The notes beneath the pieces were generated by a model. The model made no database searches and was not told the origin of the DNA. It saw nothing but the letters and a program-made list of their open reading frames with translations. Shown piece after piece: positions 1 to 9,585 of a stretch of DNA of 64,000 bases. The first letter of the stretch is position 1, and each line of letters begins with the position of its first letter. Made by a program: the position numbers and the translations under genes. The stretch is from Patescibacteria group bacterium (GTDB taxonomy: Bacteria > Patescibacteriota > Microgenomatia > Levybacterales > UBA12049), in the NCBI GenBank assembly GCA_035946335.1, contig DASYZL010000004.1:23896-87895 (forward strand), in the 5' to 3' direction.

Positions 1-1
1 A

Positions 2-1888
2 ACCACAATCGCAGCTTCACCGATTGGTACTGTTGTTACCGTACAGGGAAGAATCATGGCAATCAAAAATGTCTACACGAGAAATCATAAAAAAATCCAA
101 CAGGCAGAAGTCGATGATGGAACAGGCATTCTTGAAATTGTATGGTTTAATCAACCTTTCATAATAAAAACGCTCAAAGTTGGTGATGTCATTTCTGTAG
201 GCGGAAGAATCGAAGGAAATATGATTCGAAAGAAAATTATTTCTCCGGTATATGAACTCCTGCATCAGAATAGTGAACCAATACATACCGGAAGACTTGT
301 CCCTGTGTATCCGGAAACTGCCGGCGTTTCATCAAAATGGCTACGAAGGCAAATATATCGCCTACTTACTGAATCTTCCCAGGAGTTGGTTGATTTTCTG
401 CCTGAGGGTATGCAAAAAGAATTGCAATATATGCAACTACCTGCTGCAATCCGCTATGTACATTTTCCGGAAAATCTTGATCAAGCGCAAAAAGCAAAAG
501 AGCGCCTTGCTTTTGATGAAGTATTTTTCGTGCAACTTAGCGCAATACAGAGGAGAAACGAATGGAGAAAGGATAAAACAGGGTTTCTATTTGAAGAAGA
601 AAAATTTTCTAAAGCAATGAACGACTTAAAAAAAAGTCTTCCATTTTCCTTGACCAAATCGCAACAGAGGGCAATTGAAGAAATATTTGTGAATGTTTCT
701 TCAGGAAAACCTATGAATCGACTCCTCGAAGGCGATGTAGGAAGTGGTAAAACAATTGTTGCAGCTTTTGTCATCTACCTTTCTTTTCTGAGTGGATACC
801 AATCGGTATTGATGGCACCAACGGAAATTTTGGCCCAACAACATTTTGCAACCATAAAAAAATTCCTGGAACCTCAGGGAATGAAAATCGTCCTACAAAC
901 GGGAAGCAAGAAAAATATAAAAAACGAGAGTATATTCGATATACTCATCGGCACACATGCAGTTCTCTCTGAGAACATAAAATTTAATAAATTAGGACTT
1001 GTAGTGATAGATGAACAACAACGATTCGGTGTCGAACAACGAAGTATTATCAGGCAAAAGGGGAAAAATCCACACCTCCTAACTATGACGGCAACGCCGA
1101 TTCCCCGGACCGTTGCATTAACCTTATACGGAGATCTGGATGTTTCGTATCTCGATGAAATGCCAAAAGGCAGAAAAGAGATCAAAACATGGCTTGTTCC
1201 AGCAACAAAAAGATCTGGCGCATATCAGTGGATTGCAAAAAGGATACACGATGGTGATCAGGTCTTTATCATCTGTCCGTTCATCGAGGAATCTGAAAGT
1301 ATGACGACCGTTAAAGCGGCGACAAAAGAATTTGAACGATTGCAAAGAGACATTTTTCCTACCTTTCGACTTGCAATGCTGCATGGCAAAATGAAAGCAA
1401 AAGAAAAAGATACAATCCTTGAAACATTTAGAAGTCACGAATACGATATACTGATTGCGACTCCAGTTGTTGAAGTCGGCATAGATATTCCCAACGCTAC
1501 AGTGATGGTAATTGAAGGCGCGGAACGCTTTGGACTTGCCGGACTTCACCAACTCAGGGGCCGGGTGGGAAGAGGGGAAAAACAATCCTTCTGCCTACTT
1601 TTTGCTCAAACAAAAAGTCCACAAACTTTTGTGCGGTTAAAAGCACTCGAAACACTTCACATTGGTGCTACACTCGCAGAAATGGATCTGAAGTTCCGTG
1701 GTAGCGGGGAATTATATGGAACGCAGCAGCATGGAAAACAGTGGTTAAAAATTGCATCGTTTAGCGAAACGGCGCTGATTGAAAAAGCAAAGCAAGCAGC
1801 GAATAAATTATTCCCTCATTTGAGGGAATATCCTCTGCTTTCTAAAAAACTTGTCCAACAAAGTAAACAATTTATTTCCCCAGATTAA
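2..1888 (+). CDS. recG: ATP-dependent DNA helicase RecG, 5' partial. The reading frame is open from the window edge and the ORF track starts at the internal Met at 56.
   Basis: Helicase motifs GDVGSGKT, DEQQRFGV, LHQLRGRVGRG; the wedge-domain-like N-terminal region continues in frame to position 2. Confidence 0.9.
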   Translation, partial: TTIAASPIGTVVTVQGRIMAIKNVYTRNHKKIQQAEVDDGTGILEIVWFNQPFIIKTLKVGDVISVGGRIEGNMIRKKIISPVYELLHQNSEPIHTGRLVPVYPETAGVSSKWLRRQIYRLLTESSQELVDFLPEGMQKELQYMQLPAAIRYVHFPENLDQAQKAKERLAFDEVFFVQLSAIQRRNEWRKDKTGFLFEEEKFSKAMNDLKKSLPFSLTKSQQRAIEEIFVNVSSGKPMNRLLEGDVGSGKTIVAAFVIYLSFLSGYQSVLMAPTEILAQQHFATIKKFLEPQGMKIVLQTGSKKNIKNESIFDILIGTHAVLSENIKFNKLGLVVIDEQQRFGVEQRSIIRQKGKNPHLLTMTATPIPRTVALTLYGDLDVSYLDEMPKGRKEIKTWLVPATKRSGAYQWIAKRIHDGDQVFIICPFIEESESMTTVKAATKEFERLQRDIFPTFRLAMLHGKMKAKEKDTILETFRSHEYDILIATPVVEVGIDIPNATVMVIEGAERFGLAGLHQLRGRVGRGEKQSFCLLFAQTKSPQTFVRLKALETLHIGATLAEMDLKFRGSGELYGTQQHGKQWLKIASFSETALIEKAKQAANKLFPHLREYPLLSKKLVQQSKQFISPD

Positions 1889-1947
1889 TGTAAGAGCAGG
1901 AAATTTACAACCCTCGGAAAGTTTTTGTTCAGCAAGTGAATGTGTTC

Positions 1948-1976
1948 TTGCGAAAATCGATAAAATCAGCTACAAT
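1948..1976 (+). promoter_or_regulatory. Putative sigma70-like promoter for rpmF: TTGCGA-N17-TACAAT, ending about 10 nt before the ATG.
   Basis: -35 TTGCGA at 1948-1953, 17-nt spacer, -10 TACAAT at 1971-1976; the rpmF ATG is at 1987. Confidence 0.35.
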
Positions 1977-1986
1977 AGGCTTAATT

Positions 1987-2196
1987 ATGCCGCATGAACC
2001 CAAGCGAAGACATTCGCGCGAGCGAAAAGGAGAGAGACGCGCAAGCATCACATTAGCTGTTGCAAAAACAGTTATGTGTTCTAATTGCAACGAACCAATG
2101 ATTCCTCATAAGGTTTGTAAGTATTGCGGTTTCTACAAAGGGCGGCAAATCGTCCAGAAAAAACAAAAAAATACTTCTCATGAAAAATCCGCTTGA
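1987..2196 (+). CDS. rpmF: 50S ribosomal protein L32
   Basis: MPHEPKRRHSRERKGERRA...CSNCNEPMIPHKVCKYCGFYKGRQI matches the L32 N-terminus and zinc ribbon; the upstream in-frame Met at 1936 lies inside the predicted promoter. Confidence 0.85.
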   Translation: MPHEPKRRHSRERKGERRASITLAVAKTVMCSNCNEPMIPHKVCKYCGFYKGRQIVQKKQKNTSHEKSA

Positions 2197-2524
2197 CCCA
2201 CGCCATCAAAAAAGACAACGGCTGATCCAGGAAATATTTGAAGAAGAATTTCACCATCAATCCATTAGTAAGAATGCAAAAGCGATTTTTGCACAAAAAA
2301 AAACACTGGATGAAAAAATCGCCTCAGCAGCAACGGAATTTCCAGTCGAGAAGATCAATAAAGTGGATCTTGCGATTTTACGTCTAGCGGTTTACGAATT
2401 ATTATTTGAGAAAAAAGAACCACCAAAAGTTGTTGTTGATGAAGCAATCGAGTTAGCAAAAGAGTTTGGAGGAGAAAGCAGCTCAGGGTTTATCAATGGC
2501 GCTTTAGGAAAATTAATCCAATAA
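2180..2524 (+). CDS. nusB: Transcription antitermination factor NusB
   Basis: LAILRLAVYELLF...DEAIELAKEFGGESSSGFINGALGKL is the NusB fold signature; overlaps the rpmF 3' end by 17 nt. Confidence 0.85.
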   Translation: MKNPLDPRHQKRQRLIQEIFEEEFHHQSISKNAKAIFAQKKTLDEKIASAATEFPVEKINKVDLAILRLAVYELLFEKKEPPKVVVDEAIELAKEFGGESSSGFINGALGKLIQ

Positions 2525-2527
2525 CAT

Positions 2528-3187
2528 ATGCAACTACCGTCATTTAAAAGTCAGCAATTGTTTGAACAGGCATTTACTCATCGTTCATATTTAAATGAAG
2601 CGAAAAATCTACATGAATCGAATGAACGTCTGGAATTTTTGGGAGACAGTATTTTATCCTTTGTTGTTTCTAACTATTTTTATCGAAAATATACTTCCTT
2701 CGATGAGGGAACATTAACTAATTTGCGTTCCCAACTTGTCAATACAAAAAGTCTTGCAGAAGTTGCTTCGTCCCTAGAATTTGGCAAACTGCTTAAGCTT
2801 TCAAAAGGAGAAGAAGAGTCAAATGGCAGGGAAAACCAAAGCCTTTTAGCAGACAGTTACGAAGCATTCATTGGCGCACTGTTTATCGACCAGGGACTAC
2901 AGATAGCATCTGATTTTATTACTCAGACGCTTTTGCCAAAAGCTGAAGAAATCGTTAGAAAAAAAGATTTTAAGGATCCCAAGAGTCTATTACAGGAATA
3001 TGCTCAAGCAACTGCACATACAGCGCCGTACTATGTGGTACTCCTTGAAGAGGGTCCTTCACACGCAAAACAATTTACTGTTGGTGTGTATATTCAAAAA
3101 CAGCTATTAGGACAGGGGATAGGAAAGTCAAAACAAAACGCTGAAGAGATCGCGGCAAAGGAAGCGCTTGAGAAGATAGGTAAATAA
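2528..3187 (+). CDS. rnc: Ribonuclease III
   Basis: ERLEFLGDSIL catalytic motif plus a C-terminal dsRBD (EEGPSHAKQFTVGV...). Confidence 0.9.
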   Translation: MQLPSFKSQQLFEQAFTHRSYLNEAKNLHESNERLEFLGDSILSFVVSNYFYRKYTSFDEGTLTNLRSQLVNTKSLAEVASSLEFGKLLKLSKGEEESNGRENQSLLADSYEAFIGALFIDQGLQIASDFITQTLLPKAEEIVRKKDFKDPKSLLQEYAQATAHTAPYYVVLLEEGPSHAKQFTVGVYIQKQLLGQGIGKSKQNAEEIAAKEALEKIGK

Positions 3188-3203
3188 TTGTATAATACAC
3201 TTT

Positions 3204-3431
3204 ATGTCATTAGTAATACGACTTACCAAGACGGGAAAAAAAGGAGAAAGTAAATATCGTGTTATTGTCAAAGAAAAACGAGACAGGCGAGACGGGAAAG
3301 CTGTGGAAATTTTGGGATGGTTTGAAAAAACAGCAAAGAGAAATACATTACAGGTCAACAAAGATCGAGTTGCCTATTGGAAGTCAGTTGGCGCACAAAT
3401 GAGCAATACAGTACGCCAGCTCTTAAAGTGA
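3204..3431 (+). CDS. rpsP: 30S ribosomal protein S16
   Basis: MSLVIRLTKTGKKGESKYRVIV...VAYWKSVGAQMSNTV matches the S16 family; the stop codon is TGA. Confidence 0.9.
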   Translation: MSLVIRLTKTGKKGESKYRVIVKEKRDRRDGKAVEILGWFEKTAKRNTLQVNKDRVAYWKSVGAQMSNTVRQLLK

Positions 3432-3661
3432 TGAAGAATACACTGCTTACTATTATCAAATCTATTGTCGATTCTCCTGATGACGTTGCGATTGAAGAAA
3501 CCGATGAAAATGGTTTTGTTGTGTTTGCCGTGCATGTTGCAAAAGAAGACATGGGAAAAGTGATTGGAAAGGAAGGAAAGGTTATCCGGGCAATCAGAAA
3601 TATCATGAAAATTCCTGCGATGAAAGAACAGAAACGGATACATATTTCATTAAGTGAATAA
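3431..3661 (+). CDS. KH-domain RNA-binding protein (YlqC/UPF0109-like)
   Basis: GKVIGKEGKVIRAIR GXXG KH loop; its ATG overlaps the rpsP TGA (tgATGa), the usual rpsP-KH-trmD context. Confidence 0.75.
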   Translation: MKNTLLTIIKSIVDSPDDVAIEETDENGFVVFAVHVAKEDMGKVIGKEGKVIRAIRNIMKIPAMKEQKRIHISLSE

Positions 3662-3742
3662 TTTTTCCCGCACGATGAATACAGATTCTATTGTAATCTA
3701 TCTTCCTTACAATAATCCGTTTTCGTTATTTTTTTCTCTCAT

Positions 3743-4423
3743 ATGAAAATTACTATTCTGACACTTTTCCCTGAAATGTTTGTTGGGCCGTTTGACATGT
3801 CCATTTTGGATCGTGCGAAGGAAAAAAACCTTTTGACAATTGAAATGGTGAATATTCGTGATTTTGGAGAAGGGAAACACAAAGTCGTAGATGATAAACC
3901 ATACGGCGGAGGGATCGGTATGGTTATGAAAGTTGCTGTCTTAGATAAAGCAATACAGTCAGTACGGGATAAAAAACTTTCACACGAAGAAAAGGTTATA
4001 TTGCTTGACCCACGTGGAGCCGTCTTTACACAAAAAGTTGCTGTTGGTTTTAGTAAGCTTACGCATCTCATTCTCTTGTGTGGTCACTACGAGGGGGTCG
4101 ACGAGCGGATACGACAACTTGTTGATGAAACAATTTCAATCGGAGACTTTGTTGTAACTGGCGGAGAGATTCCTGCCATGCTGGTTACCGATGCAGTTTC
4201 GCGGCTTATTACCGGTGTGTTAAAAAATGAAGCAACTGCATATGAATCATTTTCAGAAAAGCTCCTTGAATATCCCCAGTATACAACACCTGCTATTTAT
4301 AGATATATGAAGGTTCCTCAAGTGCTTCGAAGCGGAAACCATAATGAAATAGAAAAATGGCGAAAAGAACAGGCCGTAATAGTAACAAAAAGGCATAGGC
4401 CCGATCTTCTACAAAGTTCCTAA
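3743..4423 (+). CDS. trmD: tRNA (guanine37-N1)-methyltransferase TrmD
   Basis: MKITILTLFPEMF...PYGGGIGMVMK...LLCGHYEGVDERI SPOUT/TrmD signatures. Confidence 0.9.
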   Translation: MKITILTLFPEMFVGPFDMSILDRAKEKNLLTIEMVNIRDFGEGKHKVVDDKPYGGGIGMVMKVAVLDKAIQSVRDKKLSHEEKVILLDPRGAVFTQKVAVGFSKLTHLILLCGHYEGVDERIRQLVDETISIGDFVVTGGEIPAMLVTDAVSRLITGVLKNEATAYESFSEKLLEYPQYTTPAIYRYMKVPQVLRSGNHNEIEKWRKEQAVIVTKRHRPDLLQSS

Positions 4424-5119
4424 TGGTTTTGCCTCTTCTGTTGCAACAGGAGTGATTTGTACTTGTTTTGCTATAGCAAGCTGATTAAGAAAATCCTCAT
4501 CTGCTTTCGTAATTGTTTGTACAGGTTTTGTTTCGTCAAATGAAGTCATTGGAAACGGACTGTAGTAGAAATTTGCTGTGACTGATGTTAGCGTAGAGCT
4601 ATTAATTACAAGACCGGTAACATTGGAAAGAGGAAATTGAGTATGTAATGCTGCGATAAAACTTTTTGCTTCTTCTATCCCACCAGAGATGGTAAGTTGT
4701 ACTTGTACAGAAAGTTGTCCACTATACGTTTGTGTTCCGTTACCTTGGATGCTCCCTACCTGAAAGCTATAATCACCAAGTGTCACACCAGCAATACTTG
4801 CTGCAGAGGAAATGGCATTGAGTATGCCGGCAAAATCTTTTTGCCCTGGGAGTGCTGTTTTTGCTGTTGTCAAAAGCGAATCAAGGCGTTTATCATCAAT
4901 ATTTGATAGTATCTTCACATTTTGAGAAAGAGTATCAATTTGTTCTGAAGTTATTGAAATTTGATCTTGCAGAGTAAACCAATCTTGTATTTGGGGCATA
5001 ATAAATTGGAAAAAGATAATAAGGCAACTGATAATGACAATAAATGGAAAAATGTACTCTCTATACTTGTAGTACAATAAAAGAAAAACCGTTTGATCAA
5101 GATTGATTTTTTTGTTCAT
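4409..5119 (-). CDS. pilO: Type IV pilus assembly protein PilO-like
   Basis: N-terminal TM helix, then a coiled coil, then a C-terminal domain; immediately follows pilN; overlaps the trmD 3' end convergently by 15 nt. Confidence 0.6.
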   Translation of the reverse strand: MNKKINLDQTVFLLLYYKYREYIFPFIVIISCLIIFFQFIMPQIQDWFTLQDQISITSEQIDTLSQNVKILSNIDDKRLDSLLTTAKTALPGQKDFAGILNAISSAASIAGVTLGDYSFQVGSIQGNGTQTYSGQLSVQVQLTISGGIEEAKSFIAALHTQFPLSNVTGLVINSSTLTSVTANFYYSPFPMTSFDETKPVQTITKADEDFLNQLAIAKQVQITPVATEEAKPLGTL

Positions 5120-5652
5120 AATAATGTTGCATGCATAGAAACACTATAGCTCCCACTAACAGTTTCCACCACAACATCGTCAATGGTGACTTTTTTGAAT
5201 AGTTTTTTCTGCTGGTATACCTGGTTAACAGTATCTAAAAATGTGTGGATAGATTGCAGCGATTGGGAAGAAATCTCAAGAATGAGAGTACTTTGAGACA
5301 AAGAAAAAGTCGTAATTGTTGTATCTGTTGGCAACAATGATTGAATTGTTGCAACATCATTCGTGAGAGACGATTGGTTCTTGTGTAATTGTTCAATCTT
5401 TTTTATACGATCAAGCAGGAGAGCATTTTTTTCCTGTTTGCTTTTTAATAAAGATAAATTTGCTTCCAAGGAGTTTTTTTGATTCCGTAAATTAGGTAAT
5501 GCAGAATTTTTATTGAGAAGAAAAATGCTCACATATGCGGTTATAACCAAAATAAGCAAACTAACAGCAATACCTCTGACAAAGCGAATTGTTTTTTCCT
5601 GCTGGAGAATGTCAAGTTTTCTCTGGGGAAGTAAATTGATTTCTTTAGTCAT
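5116..5652 (-). CDS. pilN: Type IV pilus assembly protein PilN
   Basis: Classical INLLP motif (MTKEINLLPQRK) followed by a TM segment. Confidence 0.7.
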   Translation of the reverse strand: MTKEINLLPQRKLDILQQEKTIRFVRGIAVSLLILVITAYVSIFLLNKNSALPNLRNQKNSLEANLSLLKSKQEKNALLLDRIKKIEQLHKNQSSLTNDVATIQSLLPTDTTITTFSLSQSTLILEISSQSLQSIHTFLDTVNQVYQQKKLFKKVTIDDVVVETVSGSYSVSMHATLL

Positions 5653-5655
5653 AGC

Positions 5656-6678
5656 TTATCGCATGGCAAGACCTACCGCAACGGCATATTCTGAAGCATT
5701 ATCAATAATGTTTTTCGGTACTTCCTGTTTTCCGAGAATTTTCCATGGATTTGTCACTACCGTTTCAATCCCTAGTGCATTCGCAAGGTACACTGTCAAA
5801 CCAGGTAGTTTGGCAGAACCTCCCGCGAGAAGAACTTGTCTCACAGGATCATCAGGAAATTTCTCTGTATAAAATGCGATTGCCTTACGCACCTCAGTCA
5901 GAATAAGACTAAGGACGGGTTGCGCTGCTTGAGCAATTTTTCCGCCCAGTGTTTTCTCTGAAAGACCATATGCCTGCTTATATTGTTCCGCTTGTTGCAA
6001 CGAAAATCCAAAATCTGCTGCAATAGCTCTTGTTAACGCAACGCCACCAGTTGGAATCGAGTAAGCAAAAACAATAACACCGTTTCTTACAATCGCAAGT
6101 GACGTACTTACCGCACCGATGGTAATGAGTAAACTTGACGGAGCTCGAGGACCAAGTATGGTTGAGCGTATTACCGAAAGGATTTCAGTTTCGATAGAAG
6201 AAATTACCAATCCTGATAACGATAAGATTTTTACATATTTATCAATCAACACTGTTGGTGCTCCAACAAGAAGTACGTCCATTTTTCCTGCTGTATCGGT
6301 TTTTTCAGATCGTCGAAGAATTTTATAGTCAATAGTTACTGTATTTAATGGAACTGGGATATATTGTTCTGCCTCCCAGTAAATTGCAGAAACCAATTCT
6401 TTGTCTGACAGGTTTGGCATTTCGATAACTCGCGTGTAGACTTGATTTTCCGGTAATGCAACGGCAACATATTTTGTTGTTATTCCTGCTTGTACCATAA
6501 CAGAGCGGATTGCCTGAGCGAGTTCTTCCTGATCAAGCGGTGATTCAGAACGCATGCCTTTTTCAGGAGCAGGAACAATACCCACACCGCTTAAAAAATA
6601 CGTGTTTGTTTCAACCGAGAGCCAAACTGCTTTTATACTCGCAGACCCAATATCAAGACCGAATACTTTTTGTTTCAT
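5656..6678 (-). CDS. pilM: Type IV pilus assembly protein PilM (actin-like ATPase fold)
   Basis: MKQKVFGLDIGSASIKAV... actin-like fold with a C-terminal GGSAKLPGL motif. Confidence 0.85.
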   Translation of the reverse strand: MKQKVFGLDIGSASIKAVWLSVETNTYFLSGVGIVPAPEKGMRSESPLDQEELAQAIRSVMVQAGITTKYVAVALPENQVYTRVIEMPNLSDKELVSAIYWEAEQYIPVPLNTVTIDYKILRRSEKTDTAGKMDVLLVGAPTVLIDKYVKILSLSGLVISSIETEILSVIRSTILGPRAPSSLLITIGAVSTSLAIVRNGVIVFAYSIPTGGVALTRAIAADFGFSLQQAEQYKQAYGLSEKTLGGKIAQAAQPVLSLILTEVRKAIAFYTEKFPDDPVRQVLLAGGSAKLPGLTVYLANALGIETVVTNPWKILGKQEVPKNIIDNASEYAVAVGLAMR

Positions 6679-7496
6679 TATTGTATGTTAAAAAAAGAAT
6701 AGTAATATTCTGAAGGAATTGAATTATATAGCTGAAAATAGGTAATTTCCCGCTGTGTTGAGCCGGCACTACCAAGAGAAGTATATACTTTTCCCTGGGA
6801 TGGGAGCGCTTTTGCGCTACCACTTCCATCGTCTCCAGCAAATCCTAAGGGAGTCCCCGCATAAAGAGGAATAATATGTACAAGGAGACCGCCATTGATT
6901 ATTATCGACGTACCAAAAGAGAATGTTTTATTGGAAAATGTTGTTCCGCCACCAGCAATGGAGGAAAAATTATTTACATTCGCACGCGCCAGACATGGAT
7001 CAACAGCATATTTCGCAACTGTTGGACTGAGACGTGTTCCAGAAAGAACGATGACCTCCAGAGCAGCATCGCTACAACCATTCTTTGTTCCCCAATAAAC
7101 ATATAATTTCCCCGACCAAGGGTTTTGATATGCTTGTGCAATATTTGTATTATAGGTGGAAAGCCATAAGTCAACACCATCATCTTTGGGAACCGGATTA
7201 CCGTTATTAAGAATAATCTGCGAGCCGTTGATATCGTTAATAGTAACTGATTGAATTTTTGCGTTATTTCCTAAATCTTGCGCGATAAGGATAGGTGTCG
7301 GATTATTCAGTGTTTTTTCGATACCTGCCTCAGCTGCGGAAAATGCTTTTTGCGAATCACTTTCATCTGTTGTTGTTTTTAGGTCAGTGATACTTCGAGA
7401 AACCAGTGACAAACCCACAGTTAACGCAATAACCATTACCAAAATAACAATAAGAAGCATCTGGCCTTTTTCATCTTTTCTGATATGGATTTTCAT
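6678..7496 (-). CDS. PilX-like pilus-associated protein (PilX N-terminal domain)
   Basis: N-terminal TM helix, then KAFSAAEAGIEKTL, the conserved PilX_N AFxAAEAG motif. Confidence 0.6.
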   Translation of the reverse strand: MKIHIRKDEKGQMLLIVILVMVIALTVGLSLVSRSITDLKTTTDESDSQKAFSAAEAGIEKTLNNPTPILIAQDLGNNAKIQSVTINDINGSQIILNNGNPVPKDDGVDLWLSTYNTNIAQAYQNPWSGKLYVYWGTKNGCSDAALEVIVLSGTRLSPTVAKYAVDPCLARANVNNFSSIAGGGTTFSNKTFSFGTSIIINGGLLVHIIPLYAGTPLGFAGDDGSGSAKALPSQGKVYTSLGSAGSTQREITYFQLYNSIPSEYYYSFFNIQ

Positions 7497-7541
7497 TACA
7501 GTTTTAGCGTACCAACGGGACCCTTCTGTGTCAATATAACT

Positions 7542-8069
7542 TTACAAATTTGTATTACGGAGATTTACTGAAGTTTGAAATGGTATAGCGCTTGCAGATG
7601 CTATGAATTCAGTAAATGTACTCACGTTAGTTTGTTTTAGAGAAAAACTGATAGTGATAATTGGCGGGCTCTTCACGGTCGTTTGTCCACAGGAAAAAGA
7701 GCAATCTGTTACGGTAATGTTTTTTGCATCAAGCAATTGTGCCCCATTGGAAGCAATATTACCATTACCACAACTGTATGTAATCTGATCGCCGGTAACT
7801 GTATTAATAGTTACATTGCTGCTGATAACTGGCACTTCAATTGTTCCACACGGTGAGGGTGTAATAACAGCATGAGCCTCTCGAATACTTCTCGCAAGTT
7901 GGGAAATAACAAAATTACCGTTTTGCCTTACGGTGCTGATAGAGTTTACTTTAGTATCCCCACGAAGTGCAGTAAAGACAATTGTAACAATAAATGTGCT
8001 GATAACAATAAAAACAATGAGAACGGCCAAAAGTTCAATTAATGTATATCCTTTCTGGTTTTGTTTCAT
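7542..8069 (-). CDS. Minor (pseudo)pilin with class III signal peptide
   Basis: MKQNQKG|YTLIELLAVLIVF prepilin cleavage motif; the ORF track's N-terminal extension overlaps the upstream gene, so the start is set at Met 8069. Confidence 0.7.
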   Translation of the reverse strand: MKQNQKGYTLIELLAVLIVFIVISTFIVTIVFTALRGDTKVNSISTVRQNGNFVISQLARSIREAHAVITPSPCGTIEVPVISSNVTINTVTGDQITYSCGNGNIASNGAQLLDAKNITVTDCSFSCGQTTVKSPPIITISFSLKQTNVSTFTEFIASASAIPFQTSVNLRNTNL

Positions 8070-8070
8070 A

Positions 8071-8565
8071 CTATGACGATGATAAACATGTCGCAAGAGA
8101 AGTACTATGGCAGAATGTATTACTTGCAGTTGTGCACTTGCTGTCAAACCATGAAACTGAGACGGTTACCTTCGTGTCCACATTGTTACAATAGGAAGAT
8201 CTCTGCTCGAAAGAAACCTGTCGAACAAATATGTCGGTGTTTTGTCCGCAACCGGTTGGAGGAGCAACCCAACAATACGTTCCATTTGGATTTGGGCTGC
8301 TCTGTGATGCATTGACACTTGTACATGTTTTTCCGATGCAATATGAACCTGACAAAGCATTGAAGGACGAAAAATTCGTTTCATGCATATTACGAATCAT
8401 TTCCATAGCCTGTTGAGCATATTGGGTTGCAAGATTTTGATTCTTGCTATATTCTTCATTACTGAGTGATGTTATTGTCGCTAAAGTGATAGCTCCAACA
8501 ACAATAACTCCTGCTGTCAATCCAACCAACATTTCAATAAGTGTTTGTCCTTTTTGCTTATTCAT
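8071..8565 (-). CDS. Minor (pseudo)pilin with class III signal peptide
   Basis: MNKQKG|QTLIEMLVGL (unusual Gln at +1, Glu at +5); Cys-rich C-terminal domain. Confidence 0.7.
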   Translation of the reverse strand: MNKQKGQTLIEMLVGLTAGVIVVGAITLATITSLSNEEYSKNQNLATQYAQQAMEMIRNMHETNFSSFNALSGSYCIGKTCTSVNASQSSPNPNGTYCWVAPPTGCGQNTDIFVRQVSFEQRSSYCNNVDTKVTVSVSWFDSKCTTASNTFCHSTSLATCLSSS

Positions 8566-9083
8566 TGGATAACTCCTGTAGTCGTCACGGTAATAGTAGC
8601 ATTCTGCTGAGAGCTTCCAACGGCCTTTCCTTGTAAAACAATAGATGCATTTGACGTAAGGCCGCTTACAATACCAGAAATTGGAGTAAAAACAAATGAA
8701 CGGTTTGTCGTGTTTATATTATCAATAATAACATCTGAGGGAAATGACTTACTCATGACGACGTGCGTGCTGCCTCCGCAAGAGATATCCAATTCGATGT
8801 TATCACTGGATTTGCATATTGGGCAATTAGATCCTCCACCCTTACAACAAACAAAAACTTCATAGGACTGCAACGGACCACCGCAAAGACCAGCTGGTTT
8901 TACTTGTGCAAGTACATCTGCACGTGCCGTTTGTAGATATGTTTGCAGATTGTATGTGCTTTCCCGTAAATCCTGTGATCTGCTATATGAAAGAAAAGAA
9001 GCAATACCAATTGAAGAAAGTATCGCAGTAACAGAAAAAACAATGAGTAATTCAATAAGGGTGAAACCTGCTGTCTGCTTCAT
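8562..9083 (-). CDS. Minor pseudopilin (GspH/FimT-like)
   Basis: MKQTAG|FTLIELLIVFSV prepilin motif; start placed at Met 9083, overlapping the upstream pilin stop by 4 nt. Confidence 0.7.
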   Translation of the reverse strand: MKQTAGFTLIELLIVFSVTAILSSIGIASFLSYSRSQDLRESTYNLQTYLQTARADVLAQVKPAGLCGGPLQSYEVFVCCKGGGSNCPICKSSDNIELDISCGGSTHVVMSKSFPSDVIIDNINTTNRSFVFTPISGIVSGLTSNASIVLQGKAVGSSQQNATITVTTTGVIQ

Positions 9084-9562
9084 GGATTTGTCAACGTAAT
9101 TGAGTATGTATTTGTGGTACTTGGACACACGCTAGTATTGTTTGTCCCTCCACTATTCTTGTCAGCTTGATTATCGTTACTATTTTCCAGGCATCCGATA
9201 ATCGTATAAGTTGTTCCGTCACTTGCATACGCATATGATGCGTTGGTAAGCGGATCGCAGGGAATCTTTTGCATATACGTTGGCGGTGTTACCCCTGTAC
9301 CTTGCAATTGACTACCACATGCTGGAAAACTTGCCGTTACGGGATAGCTCCCATTATCAGAACGGTACAATTCAAGGGAGGCCTGAATTTGCCGCATATC
9401 AGATTTTCTCTGTGCATCTCTTGCTCGCTGTCGAATGCCAACAAGATTTGTCAGAAGTAACGCCGCAAGGATACCAATAATTGCAATAACAATCAACAAT
9501 TCTATTAATGTGAAACCTGAATTCATTGTCTGGTGTTGGGTAATACGTTTTTGTTTTTTCAT
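9080..9562 (-). CDS. Type IV pilin (PilA/PulG-like)
   Basis: ...SG|FTLIELLIVIAIIGILAALLL canonical N-methylation and TM motif; ATG confirmed at 9562, alternative start MNSG at 9526; Cys-containing variable C-terminus. Confidence 0.8.
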   Translation of the reverse strand: MKKQKRITQHQTMNSGFTLIELLIVIAIIGILAALLLTNLVGIRQRARDAQRKSDMRQIQASLELYRSDNGSYPVTASFPACGSQLQGTGVTPPTYMQKIPCDPLTNASYAYASDGTTYTIIGCLENSNDNQADKNSGGTNNTSVCPSTTNTYSITLTNP

Positions 9563-9585
9563 ATATCTATATAATAAAGTATATA

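Noticed and set aside
252-1585. Several 100-150 aa ORFs (252-620 +, 481-774 -, 874-1185 -, 1124-1585 -) inside or antisense to recG
   Set aside because: Fully nested in the strongly supported recG frame; low-complexity translations without motifs; typical shadow ORFs.
3429-3431. Possibility of UGA recoding (genetic code 25, as in some CPR lineages)
   Set aside because: rpsP terminates at a TGA exactly where S16 homologues end, and the next gene starts at the overlapping ATG. Standard code 11 was therefore assumed.
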